From: a virus | Lineage: Duplodnaviria; Heunggongvirae; Uroviricota; Caudoviricetes | Length of the DNA stretch: 64,000 nucleotides | IMG/VR virus record: IMGVR_UViG_3300034019_002140 | Direction: 5' to 3' (one strand) | In this document: positions 10,258 to 20,305 of the stretch, piece after piece | Layout of the letters: the number at the start of each line of letters is the position of its first letter | Position numbering within the stretch: the first letter of the stretch is position 1 | Translations under genes and position numbers: made by a program | Notes under the pieces: generated by a model | What the model saw: only the letters and a program-made list of their open reading frames with translations | Told to the model about the DNA's origin: nothing | Database searches by the model: none

Positions 10258-11103
10258 GTGATGAATCTATCCATTGCAGCACAGGAGATTAGAGAATTGA
10301 TTTCCAAAAGACAGAAAGAGTTGGGACTTGTTTTCGAAGAGGAACGTCACATTTACACCATGAATGGTAAAACAAGTTGGCCATCAGTTTCCAAAGTTCT
10401 TAAAACATTTTACAGGGCATTCCCTACTGAAGAAGCTGCTTATAACAAAGCTGGTGGAGACCCCGAAAAACAACAAGAACTAATCGAACAATGGGCAGCT
10501 GCGGGTACCTATTCCACAAATTTGGGTAGTAGGGTCCATTTTGTTTTGGAAGATGAGTTAGTAAAAAGAAATGGTTCTTACAAAGATGTCAGAAAGCCTA
10601 TCTTTGAGTGTGACCTTACACAACTTATGAAGAGTGACAAGATGATTGTTGCAGGAAAAAGGTACTTAGAATTGTTGGAGCAACGTAATGTTGTGTTGTT
10701 GGATACTGAGATTGTTTTGGGTGACCCCGAATTGGGTTATACAGGACAACCCGATAAGGTTTGGTTGACAATGAATAAAACGGGAGACGAGTTTGGTTTT
10801 CTAATTACTGATTGGAAAACAAACAAACCTAAAAATTTCCAGCAGACAGATTTTACTGAAAGAATGTTCACTCCGTTTGAGAAATTACCAAACAACGCTT
10901 TGGGACACTATTTCGTTCAACTCCCACTTTATGGTAAACTACTTATAAAAATGCTTCAAGGTACGAAATATGAAAACATCAAACTTTATGGGTGTATTGT
11001 TGCTCATCTTAGGGAAGACACTCAATTTGAGGAGTTTAGAGTACCTAAAGAAGTGATAAATACCGTTCTTGAGATGGACATGAAAAATTATTTGAAGAAC
11101 TGA
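10258..11103 (+). CDS. PD-(D/E)XK-family nuclease (RecB/Cas4-like exonuclease).
   Basis: GQPDKVW ... LITDWKT supplies D...D-x-K, followed by QLPLYGKLL (QxxxY). These are typical PD-(D/E)XK nuclease motifs. Confidence 0.4.
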   Translation: MMNLSIAAQEIRELISKRQKELGLVFEEERHIYTMNGKTSWPSVSKVLKTFYRAFPTEEAAYNKAGGDPEKQQELIEQWAAAGTYSTNLGSRVHFVLEDELVKRNGSYKDVRKPIFECDLTQLMKSDKMIVAGKRYLELLEQRNVVLLDTEIVLGDPELGYTGQPDKVWLTMNKTGDEFGFLITDWKTNKPKNFQQTDFTERMFTPFEKLPNNALGHYFVQLPLYGKLLIKMLQGTKYENIKLYGCIVAHLREDTQFEEFRVPKEVINTVLEMDMKNYLKN

Positions 11104-11133
11104 TAAAATTTACTATATTTAAAAAAAACCGTT

Positions 11134-11376
11134 ATGGATATTAAAGATTTATCTCAACCTAGAATTGACCTAAGAGATTGTGAAACTATAAAATGTGAAA
11201 ATTGTGGAGGAATTTATTTTAAAGAAACTCTCATTTTGAAAAAGGTCTCTAAATTACAAGGGGCACCAATGGACCAAAATGTTCCAGTTCCTGTCTTTAG
11301 ATGCGAAGACTGTGGACACGTAAATAAAGGATTCAATCCATTTGAGGAAAACTCAAAACTCGTAGAAAACGAATAA
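11134..11376 (+). CDS. Small zinc-ribbon protein.
   Basis: CENCGG ... CEDCGH gives two CxxC pairs. Confidence 0.4.
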   Translation: MDIKDLSQPRIDLRDCETIKCENCGGIYFKETLILKKVSKLQGAPMDQNVPVPVFRCEDCGHVNKGFNPFEENSKLVENE

Positions 11377-11387
11377 AGATAGAGTAA

Positions 11388-12167
11388 ATGATTAAAAGAC
11401 TCGTACATTTTTCAGACCTACACGTGAGGTTATTCAAGGACCATGAACTTTATCGTTCAATCCTTGAATCTGCACTTAAAGAATGGAAGTCCATATCCCC
11501 CGATAGGATTGTTTTTACAGGTGATTTAGTTCATTCAAAAAATCAAATGACACCAGAGTTGATTGAGTTTGTTGCTTGGGTTCTCACTGAATGCAGTAAA
11601 ATTGCTAAGACAATTGTAATAATTGGTAACCATGATTTTTTGGAGAATAACACCTCAAGGTTAGATGCTTTGACTCCGATTATTGATTCTCTTCAGAATG
11701 AAAACATAGTTTACCTAAAGAATAGGGGGGTTTATGAGGATGAAAATGTAAATTGGTGTGTATACTCTTTAATGGAACATAACATACCACCTGACATAAA
11801 CAAATCTACAAATAAAAATATTGGATTATTTCACGGACCAATTCAAGGATTGTATACTGACATTGGTTATAAGTTTGAAGATGGGTTTGACAAGAGTAAA
11901 TTCAAAGGTTGTGATTTAGTATTGTGTGGTGATATTCACAAGAGACAAATCTTCGATATTCCTGGTGGTAAGAAAGCATACATGATTGGGTCAACCATTC
12001 AACAGAATTTTGGTGAATCCGTTAGGAAACATGGTTATGGAGTATATGACTTAGAAAAAGACGAATATGACTTCATTGATTTACCAAACCCAAAACCATT
12101 CCTGTCTTTTTATATAAACTCTATTGATTGTTTGGCTGACGGCTCTGAGAAGTTAGTCAATTACTAA
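11388..12167 (+). CDS. SbcD/Mre11-like metallophosphoesterase nuclease.
   Basis: The calcineurin-like phosphoesterase motifs HFSDLH (DxH), FTGDLVH (GDxxH) and IIGNHDF (GNHD) are present. Confidence 0.6.
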   Translation: MIKRLVHFSDLHVRLFKDHELYRSILESALKEWKSISPDRIVFTGDLVHSKNQMTPELIEFVAWVLTECSKIAKTIVIIGNHDFLENNTSRLDALTPIIDSLQNENIVYLKNRGVYEDENVNWCVYSLMEHNIPPDINKSTNKNIGLFHGPIQGLYTDIGYKFEDGFDKSKFKGCDLVLCGDIHKRQIFDIPGGKKAYMIGSTIQQNFGESVRKHGYGVYDLEKDEYDFIDLPNPKPFLSFYINSIDCLADGSEKLVNY

Positions 12168-12168
12168 T

Positions 12169-12993
12169 ATGGAAGTAAAAATTAAATTATCCAATCAGGA
12201 ACATAAAGAATTGGTTTCTTATTGTAACCTGAATGATTTACTTATAAGTTCAGTTGTCAAGGATTCCTTTACAACTGGATTTAATATTGAAAGGTATGGT
12301 TTGCTAAATTCAGGGGTATCTCAAGAAAAACAGGTGGTAAAAGAGGTGATTGTTGAAAAACGGGTGGAAATACCTGTTGAAGTCATCAAAGAGGTTGTCA
12401 AAATTGAATATGTTGAGGTTGAAAAACCTGTTGAAATTGTTAAAGAAGTTACAGTTGAAAAAATTGTAGAGGTGGTTAAAGAGGTGCCTGTTGAACGTGT
12501 GGTTGAAAAGATTGTTGAGATTACCAAAGAGGTACCTGTCGAAAAGGTAGTAGTCCAAGAAGTGATAAAAGAGGTGCCTGTAGAGAAAGTTGTCACCAAA
12601 ACAGAATATGTTAGTGATGATACCCAAATAAATGAACTTTTATCAAAAATACAACAGTTGGAAAACCAACCTCCCAAAATAGTTGAGGTGGTTAAAGAGG
12701 TTCCTGTCGATAAGGTAGTTATACAAGAAAAGATTGTTGAGGTAACAAAAGAAATAGTTAAAGAAGTCCCGATTGAGGTTGTCAAAGAGATAGTTATAGA
12801 AAAGGAGAACAATATCGATAAATCCAAAATTGAGGCGCTTCAAAACACAATTAGCAAGTTACGAGAGGACAACATCGAGAAAGAAAAAAAAATCACCAAA
12901 CTTGAACAAACAATAAAAGAAATTCAATCAATTCAAAATAAACAAGCCGTATATTTGCGGGGTTCAAACTTAGATGATAAACTTTATAAATAA
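12169..12993 (+). CDS. Tandem-repeat protein with an EVPVEKVV-type periodic repeat and a C-terminal coiled coil.
   Basis: The motif (V/I)KEV(P)VEK(V/I)V recurs more than 12 times between aa ~50 and ~210, as in VVKEVPVERVVEKIVEITKEVPVEKVVVQEVIKEVPVEKVV. Confidence 0.5.
   Translation: MEVKIKLSNQEHKELVSYCNLNDLLISSVVKDSFTTGFNIERYGLLNSGVSQEKQVVKEVIVEKRVEIPVEVIKEVVKIEYVEVEKPVEIVKEVTVEKIVEVVKEVPVERVVEKIVEITKEVPVEKVVVQEVIKEVPVEKVVTKTEYVSDDTQINELLSKIQQLENQPPKIVEVVKEVPVDKVVIQEKIVEVTKEIVKEVPIEVVKEIVIEKENNIDKSKIEALQNTISKLREDNIEKEKKITKLEQTIKEIQSIQNKQAVYLRGSNLDDKLYK
12340..12800 (+). repeat. In-frame degenerate tandem DNA repeat of ~33 nt units that encodes the KEVPVEKVV periodicity.
   Basis: Variants of gttaaagaggt(g/t)cctgt(t/c)ga(a/t)aaggt(a/t)gt recur. 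Confidence 0.5.
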
Positions 12994-12999
12994 AACTTT

Positions 13000-13335
13000 A
13001 TGACACAATTATTTTTATGGATGGTTATGGTTTATGGACTCAGTAACATTCTTGTTTACGGAAGCATATTTGATAGACCAAGAAATTACATCATCAAACA
13101 ATCGGAAAATGAGGAAAACTATTTTATGGATTTTTTCATTTTCTTGAGAGACATGCTCAGTTGTATGATGTGTACTCCAACATGGGTTGGATTCTTCTTC
13201 GGAATTTTCTTATATTCTCCTGTACATCAAATACTAGAAGTAAATCCATACGTCTCTTGGTTTTTTGATGGTTTGTTAGCATCAGGCTCTACGTGGGCCA
13301 TAAACTCGATTATCGAATGGTTTGAAAAAAAATAA
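13000..13335 (+). CDS. Membrane protein.
   Basis: Several hydrophobic segments (LFLWMVMVYGLSNILVYG, WVGFFFGIFLYSPV). Confidence 0.35.
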   Translation: MTQLFLWMVMVYGLSNILVYGSIFDRPRNYIIKQSENEENYFMDFFIFLRDMLSCMMCTPTWVGFFFGIFLYSPVHQILEVNPYVSWFFDGLLASGSTWAINSIIEWFEKK

Positions 13336-13540
13336 AACTATGGAAGTCAACGCAGAATTCACAATGAAAATCAAAATAAATGATTTTCCTTTCCCCAACA
13401 ATATTTCGGCACAAGAAGTGAAAAAGAGATTATTGGAAGAGGGTGAAAAAAGACTTAGATACTATACCTCAGGATTTTTATTGGACCCTGAAGGAAAGGT
13501 AGTAAGTAAAGACATTAAATTTGAAATTAAACAAGGTTAA
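13322..13540 (+). CDS. Small hypothetical protein.
   Basis: ORF in a tight operon. Start/stop overlap with neighbours. Confidence 0.3.
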   Translation: MKKNKTMEVNAEFTMKIKINDFPFPNNISAQEVKKRLLEEGEKRLRYYTSGFLLDPEGKVVSKDIKFEIKQG

Positions 13541-13721
13541 AATGCCCCAAAGTAAAAAAAGAGGTGGAGCGAAGGCACACCGAAAAAAAATCGAAAACAG
13601 AAACAATCAAGTGAAAGCTCAGCAATCCGCTATGCAAAAACTATTCAACGAAGCCATCAAGGCTCAGATTGATGAATTGAAAAAAAAGAATGAGGAAACT
13701 TCAGGACAAACTGAAAACTAA
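13521..13721 (+). CDS. Small basic protein.
   Basis: K/R-rich (KKRGGAKAHRKKIENRNN). Confidence 0.3.
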   Translation: MKLNKVKMPQSKKRGGAKAHRKKIENRNNQVKAQQSAMQKLFNEAIKAQIDELKKKNEETSGQTEN

Positions 13722-13726
13722 TCAAA

Positions 13727-16105
13727 ATGGAATGGAATTTATTCAATCCATATCCTGAATTCAATTTGAAAAACATGAGTAAAAAACTTGATATCTCGTC
13801 TTTGGATAATCCTAACATTCAGGTTATTTGGGAAGACACTGCAGAAAACTTTACACAGGAGAAAATTAAATCTGTAAAACAATACTTTTACAAAAAATAC
13901 AATTCTACCAACGTAAATGTTATCACGAAAGTTAAAACCACAGATGAAACCCAACAGACTGTAGATGTTTCTGTCAATATAATGGACAAGAATTATCAAA
14001 GGGAACTAATCAAGTCACTTTTGGAATCAAAAGGACAAGAAAAGTATTTCGACCAATTGATGAATATTGACCTTGCGGTTGAAAACAGAATTTCCGCTGA
14101 GGATGTTGAAGTAAGTCCATTCAAGAGATGGTATATCAAGAAAATAGAATTCAGTAATTTCCTTTCTTACGGTGAAAACCAAATAATTGACTTTGAAAAA
14201 TGTAATGGTATCACTGTTGTCGAATCTGACCCACCAAATTTCGGTGGTAAAACAGTTTTGACCGTTGACCTATTACTTTTCTTATTTTTTAATACGACTA
14301 CTAAAACCCAAAAAGCTGAGGAAATCTTCAACAGGTTCACAGATAAAAATGCGGTATCTGTTAGAGGGGAAATTCTTATTGACGGGGAAGAGTATATCAT
14401 TGCAAGAAAGATAGAGAGGAAAAAGGCGAAGAGTGGGGAATGGAATGTCAAAACTGAATTGGATTTCTTTAAAAAGTTGTCTGATGGACAACTTCAAAAC
14501 TTCACCGGAGAACAACGAAGAGAAACTGAAGATTTCATAAAAAAATCCATTGGTAACATGGAGGATTTTTTGATGACTATTGTTACTACAGCATCAAATT
14601 TAGAAGATTTGTTAGAAGCAAAACCAACAGCTCGTGGTCAAGTTCTTTCAAGATTTTTGGGGTTGGAATTTTTGAAGAAAAAAGAAGAGTTTGGTAAAGA
14701 AATATATTCGGAATTTTCCAAAGGGATGTTGTCAAATGTATACAACACCGAATCCTTGAAAAATGATAATCAAAATTCTGAGGAGGAGATAATTGAGTGT
14801 AATAGTTCAATTGCAGATGCTCAAACAAAAATAAAAGATGTTGATAATCGACTGAAAAAGGGTCAAGATTATAAAGACAATCTTTTGAAATCCAAATTCA
14901 CCGATTTGGACCAAGACTTAGTTATTTTGAATCCAGATAGATTACAAATTCAAATCGAGGAGCATAAAACAATCTCTGGTCGATTAAAATCACAAATACA
15001 AGAGATTAAAATCGTTGAACCTAAAAAGTTTTATCACGAAGACCAGCACGACTCGGTAAGGGAGAAAATCAAATCCACAAATGGGGAACTTGTTCTCGCG
15101 GAAAACAAAGTAGAAGAAATAGAAGACCTAATTAAAAAGTATGGTGATGGTATCCAATGTGAACATTGTGGTATTAAACTTATGGAAGCCGAACTCACCA
15201 AAAAGAAAATCGAACAGTTAGAAAAATATAAAAAACTGGTCAAAGAGTTTAAAAAAGAGTTAGAAGGTTTAGAAAAAAAAGAACAATCATTCACACAACT
15301 TAAAAAGGACTTTGATGAATATGAAAAGGCCAAACTCGTAAAAGAAAAGTATGAAGCGTCTTTGGAGGCCAATGATTTAAAACTTGAACAATTCCAAGAT
15401 AAAATGAAAAGGTATTTGGAGGTTCAAGATAAAATCAAAAAGAACAATGAGATTGATGCACAGTTGGTAAAGGCCGGTCTGAGACTTGATGAACTAATTA
15501 AAGAAAAACGAGACTACGAGAAGGTACAAACAACAAACCAGAATCAAATAACATTCCTTGAAGAAAGGATTGAGAAAAACAATGAACTGATTCTCAAAAT
15601 AGCTGAAGAATACGAAAAAGAAAAAGTATACAAGATTTACTTGGACATCTTCGGAAAAAATGGTATCAGTAAAATCATCATGAAAACTATGATGCCACTG
15701 ATAAACCAAGAACTTCAGAGACTTTTAATTGATTCTTGTTATTTCAATTTGGAAATTAGAATCAATGAAAAGAACGAAGTGGAATTTGTCATGATTGATA
15801 ACTCAACAGGTATTGAGAAACTAATGGTTTCTGGTTCTGGTTATGAAAGAACAATTGCAGCTATGGCACTGAGAGCAGTACTAAGTAAAGTTTGTTCACT
15901 TCCAAAACCTAACGTGATTGTATGGGATGAAGTCTTTGGTAAAATATCGAATGATAACTTAGACATGGTGGGTGAATTTTTCCAAAAGATGAGAGAGTAT
16001 TTCGAGAAAATTTTTGTAATCTCACACAACCCTCTTATCAATGCATGGGGTAATAACACTTTGAAAATTTCCAAGTCAGATAATGTTTCAAGAGTAATAC
16101 AATAA
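13727..16105 (+). CDS. SbcC/Rad50-like SMC-family ATPase, partner of the SbcD-like protein.
   Basis: N-terminal degenerate Walker A (DPPNFGGKTVL). A long coiled-coil middle region contains a CxxC zinc hook (CEHCG). The C-terminus has the ABC signature SGSGYER, Walker B/D-loop VIVWDEVFG and H-loop VISHN. Confidence 0.65.
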   Translation: MEWNLFNPYPEFNLKNMSKKLDISSLDNPNIQVIWEDTAENFTQEKIKSVKQYFYKKYNSTNVNVITKVKTTDETQQTVDVSVNIMDKNYQRELIKSLLESKGQEKYFDQLMNIDLAVENRISAEDVEVSPFKRWYIKKIEFSNFLSYGENQIIDFEKCNGITVVESDPPNFGGKTVLTVDLLLFLFFNTTTKTQKAEEIFNRFTDKNAVSVRGEILIDGEEYIIARKIERKKAKSGEWNVKTELDFFKKLSDGQLQNFTGEQRRETEDFIKKSIGNMEDFLMTIVTTASNLEDLLEAKPTARGQVLSRFLGLEFLKKKEEFGKEIYSEFSKGMLSNVYNTESLKNDNQNSEEEIIECNSSIADAQTKIKDVDNRLKKGQDYKDNLLKSKFTDLDQDLVILNPDRLQIQIEEHKTISGRLKSQIQEIKIVEPKKFYHEDQHDSVREKIKSTNGELVLAENKVEEIEDLIKKYGDGIQCEHCGIKLMEAELTKKKIEQLEKYKKLVKEFKKELEGLEKKEQSFTQLKKDFDEYEKAKLVKEKYEASLEANDLKLEQFQDKMKRYLEVQDKIKKNNEIDAQLVKAGLRLDELIKEKRDYEKVQTTNQNQITFLEERIEKNNELILKIAEEYEKEKVYKIYLDIFGKNGISKIIMKTMMPLINQELQRLLIDSCYFNLEIRINEKNEVEFVMIDNSTGIEKLMVSGSGYERTIAAMALRAVLSKVCSLPKPNVIVWDEVFGKISNDNLDMVGEFFQKMREYFEKIFVISHNPLINAWGNNTLKISKSDNVSRVIQ

Positions 16106-16128
16106 TTTTTTTTATTGTTTTAATTCCT

Positions 16129-16136
16129 TACTTTTG
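16129..16136 (+). promoter_or_regulatory. -7 promoter motif TACTTTTG upstream of gene 16141.
   Basis: Matches TAnnTTTG, 4 nt before the ATG. Confidence 0.35.
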
Positions 16137-16140
16137 TCTC

Positions 16141-16614
16141 ATGCAAATATTTCTACCCTATCCTGACTTTAGAGCATCTCTTCAAACATTGGATAATAAG
16201 AGATTGGGTAAACAGAGAGTTGAAACATATCAAATAATCTCTGCAATCACACGTAGACCAAAACTTGACGGTTCTCCATACAAAGGATGGTTGAATCATC
16301 CTTGTACTGTGATGTGGAAAGATTATGTGGATGCTCTCAAAGTCTATATGAATATTTCAATTGAAGAATGGATTGGTCGAGGTTTCAAGAACACCATGGC
16401 AATTGAGACTATTCCAAAATTAGTTACTTATCCACCATTCATTGGTAATGAAAGATTTCATTCCTCTCACAGAGCTAATCTATTGAAGAAAGAACCTGAA
16501 TTTTACGTCAAATATAATTGGGTTGAGAATCCTGAAGACCCTTATGTTTGGATGGATGGTGAGGGTAAATGGTATGAACAACACAGTGGAAAAAAAGGAA
16601 GAGTTTATATTTGA
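16141..16614 (+). CDS. Hypothetical protein. The N-terminal pattern loosely resembles the bacterial Pyr_excise-like conserved-protein family.
   Basis: MQIFLPYPDF...LDNKRLGKQRVE...GW.NHP..VMW. This is weak pattern recognition only. Confidence 0.35.
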   Translation: MQIFLPYPDFRASLQTLDNKRLGKQRVETYQIISAITRRPKLDGSPYKGWLNHPCTVMWKDYVDALKVYMNISIEEWIGRGFKNTMAIETIPKLVTYPPFIGNERFHSSHRANLLKKEPEFYVKYNWVENPEDPYVWMDGEGKWYEQHSGKKGRVYI

Positions 16615-16635
16615 TTTTTACATACATTTGCAATT

Positions 16636-17205
16636 ATGAAAATTACAATCGACACAGAACAATTTACTGAGGAGCAAGTTAGACAGTTGTTCAATATCAT
16701 CGGTGAAAATTATAATATGAGTTTGAGTGGTAAAGAGAAATCAGAACTCTTGGAAGCTCGTATGAGATTCACACTTGGTGAACCTCGTCCTGAAACAACT
16801 GACTACGATTTTCGTACTGGTGAAGAATATTTTTTCACCACGGATAAAGTTGAACTAAAACAATTTGATGCTCTTGGTTCCTCACCTAAACTTCAGCAGG
16901 TTAAACCCGCTCTTTATAATAAAATTTTAGTTGCAGCTGAATTTCCTGAGTTTACTGAGTGGTGGGTAATCAAAACTGACAAGATTTCCCAAGTTGCAGG
17001 TAAAGAAAACAAAGAAGACGGTAAATTGACCTTACAAAGACAACACAAGGGCAATGAACTTGAGGGTCAAATTACTTTTACACAACAATTCAAAAGTATG
17101 GCCACTTACCTTCTCAGCACAGGACCAATTGATTATACACAGAGTAACTTAGGTCTTACTGACGAATACATTTTAGAAATTCTCAACCATGTTAAAAATC
17201 ATTAA
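16636..17205 (+). CDS. Hypothetical protein.
   Basis: ORF with no recognised motif. Confidence 0.4.
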   Translation: MKITIDTEQFTEEQVRQLFNIIGENYNMSLSGKEKSELLEARMRFTLGEPRPETTDYDFRTGEEYFFTTDKVELKQFDALGSSPKLQQVKPALYNKILVAAEFPEFTEWWVIKTDKISQVAGKENKEDGKLTLQRQHKGNELEGQITFTQQFKSMATYLLSTGPIDYTQSNLGLTDEYILEILNHVKNH

Positions 17206-17227
17206 GTATTTAATTCCTTAATGAAAT

Positions 17228-18637
17228 TTGGTACTATTTATTAGTATGATAGAAAACAAAAGTATAAACAACCATAACTATTTCCTTGGTCAATATATGA
17301 CCCCTGTGGATTTAGCTACTGAGCTTTTATCAGAACTTGAGATATCTGACAATATCGTTTATGTAGAACCATCTTTCGGTACTGGTAATTTTATACAAGC
17401 TCTTCTAAAAAGGGGTGTTGACATTAATAAAGTTGTTGGATGTGAATTGGATTCGACCCTTTTTGAGTTTGCGTCTGAACTTAGTTTTGAAAAATATCTA
17501 ATAAATTTTTACGATTGGAAGTTCAAAACAAACAAAAAAATAATTTTTGTTGGAAATCCACCATTCAGAACCCCAGCTTACTCATTACGTTCACATCCCG
17601 ATTTTGTAAAGAAATTGTGTAAAAAGTATGATGTAAAAGGTATACGTGAAGAATCGGTATTTTTTCTCCTTAGATGTTTAGAAATCATAGAGGAAAATGG
17701 TAATGGGGGTGAAATAAGATTCATAATGCCTGAAACACTTTTTACGAACAACTCTAAGTTTTTCGTCAGGTTCCAAAATTTAATTCATGAAAAATTTGAC
17801 ATTGAATATGTGAAAGAAATACCCAACGGACTCTTTGAATCAGCATCACTTAAAATGATTTTTATAGTTTTGAAATACGTCCAAAAAGAAAAGTCTGATA
17901 AAATAAACAATAATGAAGATTATTGGAATTACAATCAGATATTCAAAAGAACTTATTTAGGGTCGGTCCCCTGTGAAAGCATATTTCTGTCTTGCAGGAA
18001 TGAAAATAGGGAGGAGTTCATCGATAGAATGATTAGATTATACAATTCTGATTTGAAGGATTTAGATTCCAATCTCAGGTTCCAAGGACTTGCACATTTG
18101 AAAGTATTGAACAGTCAAAATGAGGAACTCAAATCAAAAAAACTTGAGGTGATTTGGAAATATTTGGAGGAGATAAAGACTAAACTTTCAGATAGATTTT
18201 TGTCGGAGCTTGAGAATGTAGACAATTATAAAAAGATAAATCACAGAAACGAAATCAGATACTATTTTAGAAATCCCATTTTAAAAAAGATGAGTTTTGT
18301 GTATGAAATAAATCCCAACCCAACAAAATCATTTTATTTTACTGGTAACCCCTCTAAATCATCCACCGATTATTTTGGTTACTGTGATTATGACATCACA
18401 AGAAATAGCAGTCCAGGTGCATGTAGAACTATACCAGTTGAGGATGTTGAAAATAATCTTACTGATGAATTCAAGACATGGTGGAACGAAAATAATTTAG
18501 GAGATTATGAAAAAATTTTTGATTTGTTTATTACAACCTCAAAATCAGTTTGGTATAAAAATATGAAAAAAAAATATAACCGATTTTACTTCGGAATACC
18601 AAAAAAATTGAATCAAAACCTAATTTATAATAAATAA
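17228..18637 (+). CDS. N6-adenine DNA methyltransferase, gamma-class.
   Basis: The AdoMet motif I VEPSFGTGNF comes first, followed by catalytic motif IV VGNPPF (NPPF). The I-then-IV order indicates the gamma class. Confidence 0.55.
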   Translation: MVLFISMIENKSINNHNYFLGQYMTPVDLATELLSELEISDNIVYVEPSFGTGNFIQALLKRGVDINKVVGCELDSTLFEFASELSFEKYLINFYDWKFKTNKKIIFVGNPPFRTPAYSLRSHPDFVKKLCKKYDVKGIREESVFFLLRCLEIIEENGNGGEIRFIMPETLFTNNSKFFVRFQNLIHEKFDIEYVKEIPNGLFESASLKMIFIVLKYVQKEKSDKINNNEDYWNYNQIFKRTYLGSVPCESIFLSCRNENREEFIDRMIRLYNSDLKDLDSNLRFQGLAHLKVLNSQNEELKSKKLEVIWKYLEEIKTKLSDRFLSELENVDNYKKINHRNEIRYYFRNPILKKMSFVYEINPNPTKSFYFTGNPSKSSTDYFGYCDYDITRNSSPGACRTIPVEDVENNLTDEFKTWWNENNLGDYEKIFDLFITTSKSVWYKNMKKKYNRFYFGIPKKLNQNLIYNK

Positions 18638-18641
18638 ACCT

Positions 18642-18649
18642 TACATTTG
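18642..18649 (+). promoter_or_regulatory. -7 promoter motif TACATTTG upstream of gene 18656.
   Basis: Matches TAnnTTTG, 6 nt before the ATG. Confidence 0.35.
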
Positions 18650-18655
18650 TAGCTC

Positions 18656-19150
18656 ATGAAAAATTACTTTTTAATCCTTTTAGGAAATTTTGAAAATGAA
18701 TCCGAGACTAAAGATATTGTAGTATCTCTCAGTCCTATTGTTGATTCACCAACTTTGAAATTCAATCAAACAACCGGCTCATTAGTATTTCATTTCGCAT
18801 CTGAAGTAAGTCAAGAAGAGATGTTTGACTACATCATAGTCACAGTTGGTGAGAAGTGTACGTCTTTTTTTCTGACAGAAAATACTGACAAGGTGTCAGT
18901 TTTCCTTCCTTCATCTGTCAGCGAACACTTATTGGACTTAGACAAAGAAACGATGGATTTAAAATGGAAACCCTCAAAAAATTTTGACGAAGAATTAGAT
19001 GAAGAAATCGTGGCATTACTTTTGGAGGGTATCAAGAAATCAAGAAAGAAACCAACCTTAGACGAAATATTAGAAAAAATTTTATCGGGTGGGGTAAACT
19101 CCCTTAGCTTGTACGAAAAAGAAATCTTAGAAAATTATAGTAAAAACTAA
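18656..19150 (+). CDS. Hypothetical acidic protein.
   Basis: ORF. No motif recognised. Confidence 0.4.
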   Translation: MKNYFLILLGNFENESETKDIVVSLSPIVDSPTLKFNQTTGSLVFHFASEVSQEEMFDYIIVTVGEKCTSFFLTENTDKVSVFLPSSVSEHLLDLDKETMDLKWKPSKNFDEELDEEIVALLLEGIKKSRKKPTLDEILEKILSGGVNSLSLYEKEILENYSKN

Positions 19151-19154
19151 TATC

Positions 19155-19952
19155 ATGAAAGAAAAATCAGTTATTCCAATCAATCAAGAAGAAATTGCGG
19201 TTTATCTCAAAGACATTCGTAAAATATCAGTTATGACCCCTGAAAGAGAAAGGGAGTTGGCTGAAAGAATGTTATCAAATAACATTTCGGAACGAGAAAA
19301 GGAAGATATCAAAAAAGAACTTGTTGAAGGCAATTTAAGGTTTGTTATCACAGTTAGTAAACAATATCAAAATCAGGGTTTAGATTTTCCTGACTTGATT
19401 GCTGAAGGGAATTATGGTCTAATGAAAGCTATTGATAATTTTGATTGGTCGAAAAAACTAAGATTTATATCATACGCTGTTTGGTGGATTAGACAGTCGA
19501 TTCTACAATCATTGAATGAAAATGCAAGAACTATTCGCCTTCCCGTAAATGTTGTCCAAGAACTTCAGAAAGCTAAAAAGGAACTTGAAAATGCCGGTGT
19601 AGAGTTACCTGAAAAGTTCGTGAATTTACCATACACTGTAAATCTAGATAGTCCTTTGAATGAGGATGGAGACACTCTAATGGATGTATTAGTAAACCCA
19701 AACGCCGAATCTGCAGACTCCAATCTTTCTACGGAGCAAACTCTAAAAGACAAATTACTTGGTATGTTGGATGTACTTGACGAACGCGAAAGGGTTATAG
19801 TTGAGGATTATTTTGGGTTATCGGGTTCAACACGAACCTTGGAAGATATTGGTAATGATTTTGATTTGACTAAAGAAAGGGTAAGACAAATAAAAGAGAA
19901 GGCTTTACGAAAACTTCGAAATGAAACAGGTAGTCTGTTCGACTACATGTAA
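19155..19952 (+). CDS. Sigma-70 family RNA polymerase sigma factor with regions 2 and 4.
   Basis: Region 2 is GNLRFVITVSKQYQNQGLDFPDLIAEGNYGLMKAIDNFDWSKKLRFISYAVWWIRQSI. Region 4 HTH is TLEDIGNDFDLTKERVRQIKEKALRKLR. Confidence 0.8.
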   Translation: MKEKSVIPINQEEIAVYLKDIRKISVMTPERERELAERMLSNNISEREKEDIKKELVEGNLRFVITVSKQYQNQGLDFPDLIAEGNYGLMKAIDNFDWSKKLRFISYAVWWIRQSILQSLNENARTIRLPVNVVQELQKAKKELENAGVELPEKFVNLPYTVNLDSPLNEDGDTLMDVLVNPNAESADSNLSTEQTLKDKLLGMLDVLDERERVIVEDYFGLSGSTRTLEDIGNDFDLTKERVRQIKEKALRKLRNETGSLFDYM

Positions 19953-20023
19953 AAAGATTATAAAGGGTGTATTTATTATATACACCCTTTATAATTTAGG
20001 GGGTATATTAAAATTACAATTAT

Positions 20024-20302
20024 ATGAAAAAGTTTATCGAGACAAATTTTACTGTAATAGTTTTGGTCATAGCACTTCTGAGTTTTTTCAAAGGGTGTGG
20101 AGATAGCAGAGAACTTTCCAAAATGAGAAAAGAAGTACAGGCTATTAAAGACTCAACATTCACAAAAACTCAATTGGAAAAAAAATTAAAAATTTCTGGA
20201 TTAGAGGCTGAAAAAAGAATGATTCAAGCAACTGATAGAAAACTTCTTGATGTAAGAAGACAAACAGAAATTGAAGATGAAATCAAAAGATTAAATAATT
20301 AA
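20024..20302 (+). CDS. Small protein with an N-terminal TM helix and a coiled coil.
   Basis: FTVIVLVIALLSFF followed by a charged helical region. Confidence 0.35.
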   Translation: MKKFIETNFTVIVLVIALLSFFKGCGDSRELSKMRKEVQAIKDSTFTKTQLEKKLKISGLEAEKRMIQATDRKLLDVRRQTEIEDEIKRLNN

Positions 20303-20305
20303 AAA

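Noticed and set aside
12310-12843. Minus-strand ORFs 12310..12627, 12321..12827 and 12643..12843 antisense to the tandem-repeat gene.
   Set aside because: They are created by the tandem repeat. Their translations are low-complexity (F/N/L or S/T-rich), and the sense-strand gene has coherent repeat structure and operon context.
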